From Gaiellaceae bacterium (GTDB taxonomy: Bacteria > Actinomycetota > Thermoleophilia > Gaiellales > Gaiellaceae): DNA of 54,534 nt. The stretch covers positions 1 through 54,534 of the forward strand of contig JBASRJ010000114.1 in assembly GCA_049273785.1 (NCBI GenBank), given 5' to 3'. The notes under the pieces were generated by a model, which did not search any database, had not been told where the DNA came from, and saw nothing but the letters and a program-made list of their open reading frames with translations. Shown here one piece after another: positions 35,570 through 43,004 of this stretch; position 1 is the stretch's first letter, and each line of letters starts with the position of its first letter. A program made the translations under genes and the position numbers.

Positions 35570-36847
35570 CTAGGCGGCGCGCATGAGCACCGCGACGTTC
35601 TGGCCTTCAAATCCGCGCGCGAGCGCGAGTGCTTGGCGTACCGCGACCTCTCTGGCCTCACGCGGCACCCAGTCGATCCCGTCACATGCCGGGTCGGGAT
35701 GCTCGAGGTTGAGTGTCGGCGGCACGGTCCCGTGCTGGATCGCCAGCGCTGCGACTGCGGCATTGAGCGCCCCGGCCCCGCCGATCAGATGACCGGTCGC
35801 AGGCTTGACGCTGCTCGCGACGACCTTGCCGTTGCCGCCGAAGACCGACTTGACGGCGCGGGCCTCGGTCGCATCGCCCTGCCTCGTCCCGCTTCCGTGC
35901 GCCGCGATGTAGTCGATCCCGTCCGCAGGCGCTTCGCCCTCCTGCAGCGCACGTTCGATCGCACGCGCGAGGCCGCGCCCCTCGGGATCGGGCGTGATCA
36001 GCCGGTGTGCGTCATAGGCGCTGCCGAATCCGACGATCTCGGCGTAGATTCGAGCGCCGCGCGCGGTCGCGCGATCGTGCGGCTCGAACACGAGGAAGGC
36101 TGCTCCCTCGCCGAGCAGCGTCCCCGTGCGTTCCGCGTCGTACGGGCGGCAGGCGGCAGCGCCGAGATCGTTCCGCTGCGTCAGGAGCCCGAGGGTGTCG
36201 AACTTCGTCATGTTCCACCAGGAGCTCGCATCGTCGTAGCCGCCCGCGAGTGCAACCTCCGCCTCGCCGCGCCGAACGGACCGGTACGCGCGCCCGATCG
36301 CCATCAGGCCGGACTCCGCCGTGCCTGCAAAGTACGTGTTCGCGCCCTTCAGCGAGTGCGCCTGCGAGATATAGAAGATCGACGCCGCCTGCAGGCCTTC
36401 GACGTAGAAGAGCGGGTGGAACGCGGACGACGCCGACTCTCCGAGGCGGCGGATGTCGACGCTGCCATCCTCGTTCCGTGCGAAGAGCGAGCCCTCGAGG
36501 ATGTTCATCGGGTTCGAGATCTCCTTGTTGCTGCCGACGAACAGCGCGGCCCGGTCGCCCGCGCCGTCCTGCGAGAAGTCGAGGCCTGCATCCTTCATCG
36601 CGAGGGATGCGCCCGCGAGCGCGAGCTGATCGTTCCTCGTCATCGACCGCAACGTCTTGCGCGCCGCGAACTGCTCCGGATCGAAGTCGGCCATCTCCGC
36701 GGCCTGCTGCGTCCGGAGCGACGACGCGTCGTAGCTCGTGATCGGCGTAATGCCGGTGCGTCCCTCGATCAGGCCGCGCCAGGTCTCCTCGGTCCCGACG
36801 CCGAGCGGCGTGGCCAGCCCGATCCCGGTGACGACGACGCGTTTCAC
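35570..36847 (-). CDS. Ketosynthase-family protein lacking the nucleophilic Cys (His-His retained)
   Basis: FAGTAESGLMAIGRA aligns with ISTACTSGVHNIGHA of FabF, giving Ala at the Cys position. AAHGSGTRQGDATE and VKPATGHLIGGAG are retained. Confidence 0.88.
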   Translation of the reverse strand: MKRVVVTGIGLATPLGVGTEETWRGLIEGRTGITPITSYDASSLRTQQAAEMADFDPEQFAARKTLRSMTRNDQLALAGASLAMKDAGLDFSQDGAGDRAALFVGSNKEISNPMNILEGSLFARNEDGSVDIRRLGESASSAFHPLFYVEGLQAASIFYISQAHSLKGANTYFAGTAESGLMAIGRAYRSVRRGEAEVALAGGYDDASSWWNMTKFDTLGLLTQRNDLGAAACRPYDAERTGTLLGEGAAFLVFEPHDRATARGARIYAEIVGFGSAYDAHRLITPDPEGRGLARAIERALQEGEAPADGIDYIAAHGSGTRQGDATEARAVKSVFGGNGKVVASSVKPATGHLIGGAGALNAAVAALAIQHGTVPPTLNLEHPDPACDGIDWVPREAREVAVRQALALARGFEGQNVAVLMRAA

Positions 36848-37230
36848 AGCGGCTCCATCCGGAGCTGACGCGCGCGCGTGACGAGCTTCCCTTCGACCTT
36901 GACCTCACCGCTGAGCGTCGCACCGTCGTCGGTCCGCTCCTTCAGGGTGACCGAGATCTCCATCTGGTCGCCGGGCTGCACGAAGTGCCGGTAGCCGACC
37001 TGGCCCGCCCCTGCCAGGCGCCACTTGCGTCCGGTCTCCTCTTCGAGCAGGTGCGCCGCGAGCGTTCCCATGCTGCCGAGGATCAAGACGCCGGGCAGGA
37101 CGTTGAAGCGTGGAAAGTGACTGTCGAAGATCGCAAGCGTGTTCGGAACGTTGCGGAACCCGGTCGCCTCCTTGCCCGGCTCGACGCTGACGACGCGGTC
37201 GAGCCCGGTCCAGCGGGAGGTTCCGTTCAC
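36844..37230 (-). CDS. FabZ-like hotdog dehydratase subunit (His present, Glu replaced)
   Basis: FDSHFPRFNVLPGVLILGSMG against FabZ [21 protein letters not shown]. The GTG start overlaps the upstream KS stop (GTGA), and the stop overlaps the next KS start. Confidence 0.85.
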   Translation of the reverse strand: MNGTSRWTGLDRVVSVEPGKEATGFRNVPNTLAIFDSHFPRFNVLPGVLILGSMGTLAAHLLEEETGRKWRLAGAGQVGYRHFVQPGDQMEISVTLKERTDDGATLSGEVKVEGKLVTRARQLRMEPL

Positions 37231-38498
37231 GACGCGCTTCCGTTGGGACTCGAGACGACCAGGCAACCGTTCGTGCCGCCGAACGCAAAGGAGTTGACGA
37301 GCGCTGCCCGCACGGGCATCTCGCGCGCAATGTTCGGAACGTAGTCGAGATCGCACTCGGGATCCGGCGTGTCGAGATTGATCGTCGGCGGGACGACGCC
37401 GTCCGAGATCGCGCGCGTCGCGGCGAGCAGATTGAGCGCGCCCGCGGCGCACGTGAGGTGCCCGGTCATCGACTTGTTCGAGCTGATCGCGAGGTTCTGC
37501 GCATGGTCGCCGAAGACCTGCTTGATCGCGAGCGTCTCCGTCTTGTCGTTCCCGTGCGTGCTCGTTCCGTGCGCGGCGACGTAGTCGATCGCGTCCGGTT
37601 TGATGCCCGCATCCTCGATCGCGTACTGCATCGCGAGCGTGACGCCGCCCCCGTCGGGCGGCGGGTCCGTCATCCGGTACGCGTTCATGCTCGAGCCGTA
37701 GCCGGTCAGCTCCGCGTAGATCCTGGCGCCGCGGGCCTGCGCCGAGTCCCAGTCCTCGAGCACAGCGAGCACGGCGCCCTCGCCGAGGACGAAACCGGAG
37801 CGATTCAGGTCGAATGGGCGTGAGGCCTTCTCGGGCTCGTCCGCGTGGTCCTTCGTGAGCGCGCCGAGCAGCCCGAAGCCGATCACGTCGAACCACGTCG
37901 TCAGCGCGTCGTAGCCGCCCGCGAGGACGAGCTTCGCGTCCCCGTCCTGAACCAGTCGGAAGCCCTCGCCGAGCGCGTGGGCCGAGGCCGTGCACGCGGT
38001 GCTCACGGTCGCCATCGGCCCCCGGAAGTCGCGCAGGAGCGCCATGCTCGCGGGCGCGACGTTCTGGTCGCGGAGGAGCACGGTCGACGGCGCCTGGCGG
38101 TACAGCGTGTGCGCGTCACTCGACTTGATCACCCACGACATCTCGACGAGCTCGTACAGGTCGGGCCTCCCGACGCTGCCGCCGACTGCGATTCCCTTCT
38201 CCTCCGGGGCGTACGTGTCAGCGCCGACGCCGGAGTCGTCGAGCGCCTCCAGCGCCGCGGCGACTGCGAACCCACCGGCGCGCGAGAGGTGTCGCCGGTC
38301 GTGCGGGTCCGGCAGCTTGCTGCTCAGGTCGAAGTCCTCGACGAGACCCGCGATGTCGACGGGGAAGGTCTCCGCGTCGAACGTGTCGATCTTCCGCACG
38401 CCGCTGCGACCGGCGACGAGCGACTTCCACGTCGTCTCCGCGTCGTTCCCGACGGGAGTGACCGCCCCGAAACCCGTGATCGCAACCCGATTCGACAT
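37227..38498 (-). CDS. Beta-ketoacyl-ACP synthase (FabF/KAS II-like, canonical Cys-His-His)
   Basis: VSTACTASAHALG, AAHGTSTHGNDKTE and NKSMTGHLTCAAG. The ATG at 38498 overlaps the upstream DH stop (ATGA). The 28-codon N-terminal extension in the ORF track is disfavoured. Confidence 0.92.
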   Translation of the reverse strand: MSNRVAITGFGAVTPVGNDAETTWKSLVAGRSGVRKIDTFDAETFPVDIAGLVEDFDLSSKLPDPHDRRHLSRAGGFAVAAALEALDDSGVGADTYAPEEKGIAVGGSVGRPDLYELVEMSWVIKSSDAHTLYRQAPSTVLLRDQNVAPASMALLRDFRGPMATVSTACTASAHALGEGFRLVQDGDAKLVLAGGYDALTTWFDVIGFGLLGALTKDHADEPEKASRPFDLNRSGFVLGEGAVLAVLEDWDSAQARGARIYAELTGYGSSMNAYRMTDPPPDGGGVTLAMQYAIEDAGIKPDAIDYVAAHGTSTHGNDKTETLAIKQVFGDHAQNLAISSNKSMTGHLTCAAGALNLLAATRAISDGVVPPTINLDTPDPECDLDYVPNIAREMPVRAALVNSFAFGGTNGCLVVSSPNGSAS

Positions 38499-38944
38499 CA
38501 GTCCTCCGCTCGCGTCAGCATCTTCTGGAGCCGTTCTGTGTCGTCGAGGTCGGCGAGCTGGTCGGCATCGATCAGCGCACACATGATGTCCTTCGCCTCC
38601 AGCACAGGACTGCCGTCCACCGTGACCCTGCCCGAGACGACCGCAACCTCGTCGCTCATCGAGTCCACGTTACCCTCGAGCTCCAGGACGTCGCCGGGGC
38701 GCACTGGGCCGAGGAAGTCGACGGAGCCGATCGAGAGCAGCGCGGCGCGCTTTCTCCGCTCGGTGGTGATCATGATGAGCCACGTCCCCGCCTGGCACAG
38801 CGCCTCGAGCGCCAGCGGCGGCGGCATCACGGGCCCGTCGTCCGAGTCCTCCCAGTAATCCTCGCTGATCGACGTCAGCTTCCGGCCCCGGACCGACTGG
38901 CCGGGCTCCCAGGAATCGACCTTGTCGATCAGATGGAACCGCAT
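38498..38944 (-). CDS. Hotdog-fold dehydratase subunit (Glu present, His replaced)
   Basis: The MRFHLIDKV start matches the FabZ/FabA LLVDRV region. PLALEALCQAG aligns with [11 protein letters not shown] (Glu kept), while Asp sits at the GHFP His position. Confidence 0.8.
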   Translation of the reverse strand: MRFHLIDKVDSWEPGQSVRGRKLTSISEDYWEDSDDGPVMPPPLALEALCQAGTWLIMITTERRKRAALLSIGSVDFLGPVRPGDVLELEGNVDSMSDEVAVVSGRVTVDGSPVLEAKDIMCALIDADQLADLDDTERLQKMLTRAED

Positions 38945-38957
38945 CGCTCTACGACTT

Positions 38958-39362
38958 CTATCGCTCCGGGGCCCAGACGGCTACTGCCTGGGCCACGGCC
39001 AGCCCTTCGGCGTGCGAGATCGAGAGGTCGAGCTCCTCGAGGCCGCGCCGGCGGGCCTGCTCGGCGACCTCGCCGTGGAGGTGGACCTCCGGCCTCCCCG
39101 CGCTGCCGCTCACGATCTCCACGTCCGTCCAGCGCATCCGCTGCCGGAGCCCGGTCCCGAACGCCTTGAGCACCGCCTCCTTGCCCGCGAAGCGCCCGGC
39201 GAGATGCTCGTAGCGATGGCGCTTCTTGCGCCAGTGCTCCTGCTCGCGCTCCGTGAAGAGCTCGTCGAGTGCGCCCGCGTGCTCGGTGACGAGCCGCGTT
39301 ACGCGCTCGACACCGACGAGATCGACTCCGATCCGGATCCGACTGCTAGCCGGAGGCGCCAC
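38958..39362 (-). CDS. acpS: Holo-ACP synthase (AcpS-type 4'-phosphopantetheinyl transferase)
   Basis: IGVDLVGVERV...LAGRFAGKEAVLKAFGTG...LSISHAEGLAVAQAV; 134 aa. Confidence 0.9.
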   Translation of the reverse strand: MAPPASSRIRIGVDLVGVERVTRLVTEHAGALDELFTEREQEHWRKKRHRYEHLAGRFAGKEAVLKAFGTGLRQRMRWTDVEIVSGSAGRPEVHLHGEVAEQARRRGLEELDLSISHAEGLAVAQAVAVWAPER

Positions 39363-39753
39363 CGGAACGCGCGGCGACCATGTCGGCCAGGTTCCCGACG
39401 GTGAAGAGCGTGATCACTTTCTCTGCCTCGAGCTTCCCCGCCAGCTCGTCCGTGTTGATCTGCGGCATGACCTTCTTGAGCTGCTCGATCCCCTCGGGCG
39501 AGACGATCCCGTTCTCGTCGCCGAACTGATCGTCCGGGATGCCGCCCTGGATGTACTCACCGAGATCGGACGCCTGGATCTTGACCCCCGTGCTCCGCTC
39601 GATGCGGAACAGGATGTCGAGCAGATCGATCGACTCGGCTCCGAGGTCGTCCATCAGCGTCGCGTCGGGAGTCGCCTCGTCCTCGCCGACGCCAAGCGCG
39701 CCAGTCACGGCCTCCTGAACGGCACTCTGGATCTCGGTTGTCGCCATTACCAA
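39346..39753 (-). CDS. Acyl carrier protein, extended form (135 aa) with an insertion before the last helix
   Basis: LMDDLGAESIDLLDILFRIE corresponds to the ACP DSL-type Ser site. About 45 extra residues lie between helix III and the terminal TVGNLADMV helix. Confidence 0.85.
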   Translation of the reverse strand: MVMATTEIQSAVQEAVTGALGVGEDEATPDATLMDDLGAESIDLLDILFRIERSTGVKIQASDLGEYIQGGIPDDQFGDENGIVSPEGIEQLKKVMPQINTDELAGKLEAEKVITLFTVGNLADMVAARSGGASG

Positions 39754-39791
39754 CCTCCCAAAATCGTCGGTGACACCATCATTTCACAGTT

Positions 39792-40562
39792 TCACAGCGG
39801 AGCGCCCGTGCCCAGCATGGCTGCGGCGCCGCCGTCCACGGTCACGAGCGAGCCGGTCATGTACTTGGCCTCGGCGCTGGCCAGGAAAGCGACGAGCTTC
39901 GACACGTCCTCGATCTCCCCGAACGATTTCATCGGGAGCTGCTTGAGGATCCCCTTGCCCCCGTCCTTCTCGACGAGACCTTCGACGAGCTCGGTGGGCA
40001 CGAAGCCGGGCAGGACCCCGATGACACGGACGCCGAAGCGTGCGAGCTCCATCGCGCAGCAGCGGGTGAACGCGTTCACCGCGCCCTTCGAGGCGGAGTA
40101 GTTCGACTCGCCGAGCCACCCCCGCTCCCCCATCACGGACGAGATGTTGATGATCACCCCGTCGCGCTCGCCCATGAAGTGCGGCATCGACGCCTTGGTG
40201 CAGTTGAAGACGCCGCCGAAGTTGACCTTCATGACGTCGAGCCAGTCGGTCGGCGCCATGTTGAAGATCAGCGCATCCTTGGAGATGCCGGCGTTGTTGA
40301 CGAGGATGCCAAGGCCGCCGAGGCCGTCGATCGTCTGCTGGACGATCGACTCCGCCTGTTCGTAGTCCGCGACGTCGCCCTGGACGGCGATCGCCTTCCC
40401 GCCCTTGTCCTCGATCGCCTTCACGACCTCCTGCGCCTGGGCCTCTCCCGAGCGGTAGTTGACCGACACGGCGGCGCCCTCATCGGCGAGGGCGAAGCAG
40501 ATCCCGCGGCCGATGCCGCGCGACCCGCCGGTGACGAGCGCGACCTTCCCCTCCAGCTTCAT
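39792..40562 (-). CDS. fabG: 3-oxoacyl-ACP reductase (SDR, FabG-like ketoreductase)
   Basis: The ATG at 40562 gives MKLEGKVALVTGGSRGIGRG. It also has NNAGI and the SSV...YSASK catalytic triad. The upstream 69 codons of the listed ORF lack coding support. Confidence 0.9.
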   Translation of the reverse strand: MKLEGKVALVTGGSRGIGRGICFALADEGAAVSVNYRSGEAQAQEVVKAIEDKGGKAIAVQGDVADYEQAESIVQQTIDGLGGLGILVNNAGISKDALIFNMAPTDWLDVMKVNFGGVFNCTKASMPHFMGERDGVIINISSVMGERGWLGESNYSASKGAVNAFTRCCAMELARFGVRVIGVLPGFVPTELVEGLVEKDGGKGILKQLPMKSFGEIEDVSKLVAFLASAEAKYMTGSLVTVDGGAAAMLGTGAPL

Positions 40563-40572
40563 CGTGTCGTGG

Positions 40573-40601
40573 GTTATGAACTCCGCCTGGCTCCTTGTCA
40601 A
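40573..40601 (-). promoter_or_regulatory. Sigma70-like promoter for the KR-ACP-KS operon (TTGACA / 17 nt / CATAAC), with a leaderless-like geometry
   Basis: Minus-strand TTGACA lies at 40601-40596 and CATAAC at 40578-40573. Only 10 nt separate the -10 from the ATG, and no SD is present. Confidence 0.4.
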
Positions 40602-40619
40602 GATGAAGGTGAACGTCGA

Positions 40620-40868
40620 ATGGCCGTCTACGTCGACGACGCACGCATTCGCTGGCGAGGGCGGCGCTGGTCGCACCTCGTCGCCGACACGCCCGCGGAG
40701 CTCCACGAGGCCGCCGGCCGCCTCGGCCTGCGGCGTGAGTGGGCGCAGGAAGGCGGGCGGACGCTTCACTACGACCTTCCGGACGAGCTCCGCGAGCGCG
40801 CAATCGAGCTCGGCGTCGCGGAACCGCTCACGTGGCGCGAGCTGGCGCGGCGGCGGCAGGACAGCTAG
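40620..40868 (+). CDS. DUF4031-like small protein
   Basis: MAVYVDDARIRWRGRRWSHLVADTPAELHEAAGRLGL...HYDLPDELRERAIELGA resembles the DUF4031 family; 82 aa. Confidence 0.7.
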   Translation: MAVYVDDARIRWRGRRWSHLVADTPAELHEAAGRLGLRREWAQEGGRTLHYDLPDELRERAIELGVAEPLTWRELARRRQDS

Positions 40869-40871
40869 CTA

Positions 40872-41306
40872 CTAGGAAGCCGCCGGCGCGGTGTTCGTCG
40901 CGGCCCGCTCCTCGGCCTTGGCCCGGATGTGGCGGTTCACCTCGGGGTGCGAAGCCATCAGCTCGTCGAACTTTTCCTTCGGGATGACCATCAGCTCGGC
41001 CGCCTCGTCGACGCGGACGTCGGATCGGTGCCCGACTCCGAGCAAGAGGGACAGCTCGCCGAAGAAGTCTCCCGGCCCGAGGGCTGCGAGGGTCGAGCCG
41101 TCTTCGCCGAGCACGTGGACGCGTCCGGAGATGACGATGTAGAGGCCGTCCGAGGGCCCGCCCCGCTCGAAGACGATGCGCCCTTCCGGCCAGTACAGGT
41201 TCGCCGACTCGCCGATCAGCGCGAGCAACATCCGCTCGTCGACCGATTCGAAGCCCGGCACCTCCCGCAGGGCCCGGACGAGGCTGTGCGTCACAGGGCG
41301 TTCCAT
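40872..41306 (-). CDS. Standalone cyclic-nucleotide-binding domain protein
   Basis: GRIVFERGGPSDGLYIVISGRVHV...GDFFGELSLL...HRSDVRV; 144 aa. Confidence 0.85.
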   Translation of the reverse strand: MERPVTHSLVRALREVPGFESVDERMLLALIGESANLYWPEGRIVFERGGPSDGLYIVISGRVHVLGEDGSTLAALGPGDFFGELSLLLGVGHRSDVRVDEAAELMVIPKEKFDELMASHPEVNRHIRAKAEERAATNTAPAAS

Positions 41307-41353
41307 TCGTCGCGCGTCCCGAATATGGTTGGCGACTCTACCGCCGGAGGAAC

Positions 41354-42208
41354 ATGGTCGCGATCTCGAAGATCCCCGTGCGCATCGCGCAGATCAGTGA
41401 CGTGCACGTCGGGGGGTCCCTGAGCCTCCCCGCCGAGGCGCTCGACGACATCCTCGAGCGTGTCCGGGCGATCGATCCGGACATCGTCGTCCTCGCCGGC
41501 GATCTGACCACCGATGGGTACGAGTGGGAGTACGAGCAGGCCGCCGAGTGGGTCGCGAGGATCGAGCACCCGAAGATCGTCATCCCAGGGAACCACGACA
41601 GTCGCAACGTCGGCTACGTGCACTTCCGGCGTCTGTTCGGCGATCCGTATTCGCGCTATCAGGCGACGTTCGACGCCGAGCGGGCCGAGCGACTGCAGGC
41701 GACGGGGTTCACGGTCGTGGGAATCGACTCGTCCGAGCCCGACGTCAACGAGGGCAGGATCGGACGCGACCGCTACCCATGGATCCGCGAGCAGTTCGAC
41801 GAGCCCGGCCACATCAAGATCGTCACCGTTCACCACCATCTCGTGGGGATTCCGGGGACGGGACGCGAGCGCAACATCGTCCTCGACGCGGCAGACGTCC
41901 TGCTGACGCTCACCGACCTGGACATCGATCTCGTCCTCTCGGGGCACAAGCACGTGCCGTTCTTCTGGGGCGTGAACGGATTGCTGATCTGCAACTCCGG
42001 GACGGCAGGGACGCGCCGCGTCCGCGCCGGCTCACCGCCGTCGTGGAACGAGCTGCACATCGACGCGGCGACGATCAAGGTCTTCACGCACTACCTCGAC
42101 GGCCGGCGCGAGCTCTCGGTGATCTTCAGTAGGAAGACGCGCGCGCTGACCCGCGAGGCCTTCTACATGACGGAGGACTTCCGCCGGTCGAACCAGGTCG
42201 CGGTCTAG
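41354..42208 (+). CDS. Metallophosphoesterase, CpdA/class III cyclic-nucleotide phosphodiesterase-like
   Basis: IAQISDVHVG, LAGDLTTDG, GNHD, VTVHHH and SGHKH motifs appear in the canonical order. Confidence 0.85.
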   Translation: MVAISKIPVRIAQISDVHVGGSLSLPAEALDDILERVRAIDPDIVVLAGDLTTDGYEWEYEQAAEWVARIEHPKIVIPGNHDSRNVGYVHFRRLFGDPYSRYQATFDAERAERLQATGFTVVGIDSSEPDVNEGRIGRDRYPWIREQFDEPGHIKIVTVHHHLVGIPGTGRERNIVLDAADVLLTLTDLDIDLVLSGHKHVPFFWGVNGLLICNSGTAGTRRVRAGSPPSWNELHIDAATIKVFTHYLDGRRELSVIFSRKTRALTREAFYMTEDFRRSNQVAV

Positions 42209-42969
42209 GCCGGCACTTCCGGGGACCAGTGCTTGGCCCACCGGTCGGCATGGGGCATGCCGCTCGCGAGCATCGTGCGAACGAACAGGTCGACGTCGAT
42301 CGGCGTTCGCCGCAGCTCGACCGTGAGCCGGCCGTCCTCGCGGCCGACGACGCAGTACTCGGCCCACGGCGAGACCCGCATCACCCCGCTTCGCCGGCGG
42401 CGGAACGGCTGGCCGATGCTGCCGACGTTCAGGACGATGGACTCACCGTAGCGGCGGAACATCTGGAAGTGGGTGTGCCCGCCGGCGTAGACGGATGCGT
42501 CGTGGCCTGCGAGCATCGCCTCGAGCTTCTCGTCGGGCGTCGTGGCGAGGATCTCGTCGTCGAACGAGCGCGGCGACCCGTGAAATGCAAGCAGTGTCGT
42601 GTCGTCGTCGAGTCGCAGCTCCAGCGTGTCCTGGAAACCGCGCATGTACTCGCGGTGCGAGTCCGAGAGCTGCTCGGTCGACCACGTGCACGCGTCGACG
42701 AGCATCTCCGCGAGCTCGCCGTCGACCTTCGGGTCGTCCCCGAGCATGCACGCGTCCCAGTTGCCCATGATCGTCGGGCAGCCGAGTTGCTGCAGTCGCT
42801 CGAGCGTCTCCACTGGTCGTGGACCGACGGCGACGTCACCGAGGCAGATGACCTGGTCGATGCGTTCGCGGTCGAGATCCGCGAGCACGTTCTCGAGTGC
42901 AGGCAGGTTGCCGTGGATGTCCGCGATCAGGGCCAGCCGCATCGCCGCCGTATTCTGAACCCCCGACAA
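42205..42969 (-). CDS. Metallophosphoesterase family protein (YfcE/MJ0936-like)
   Basis: LALIADIHGN, CLGDVAVG, MGNWD, GGHTH. Confidence 0.85.
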   Translation of the reverse strand: MSGVQNTAAMRLALIADIHGNLPALENVLADLDRERIDQVICLGDVAVGPRPVETLERLQQLGCPTIMGNWDACMLGDDPKVDGELAEMLVDACTWSTEQLSDSHREYMRGFQDTLELRLDDDTTLLAFHGSPRSFDDEILATTPDEKLEAMLAGHDASVYAGGHTHFQMFRRYGESIVLNVGSIGQPFRRRRSGVMRVSPWAEYCVVGREDGRLTVELRRTPIDVDLFVRTMLASGMPHADRWAKHWSPEVPA

Positions 42970-42998
42970 GGGGTCTGACCCAGAGGGTCAGACCCCTT
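42968..42998. terminator. Perfect 14-bp inverted repeat hairpin downstream of the sigma factor gene
   Basis: AAGGGGTCTGACCC-AGA-GGGTCAGACCCCTT, followed on the plus strand by TTTTCTCC. It lies between the sigma gene stop (43005) and the phosphoesterase start (42969). Confidence 0.55.
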
Positions 42999-43004
42999 TT
43001 CTCC

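Noticed and set aside
36844-37995. 383-aa ORF overlapping the KS gene
   Set aside because: Only the last 128 codons (the FabZ-like domain from the GTG at 37230) are protein-like. The rest is an alternative frame of the KS gene.
33201-40562. Interpretation of the KS/KR/DH/ACP operon as ordinary housekeeping FAS II
   Set aside because: This is not fully excluded. It is disfavoured because two of the four KS folds lack the catalytic Cys, the DH dyad is split over two subunits, the ACP is atypically long, and a CrtI-like gene is translationally coupled. The whole-genome inventory of fab genes is needed to settle it.
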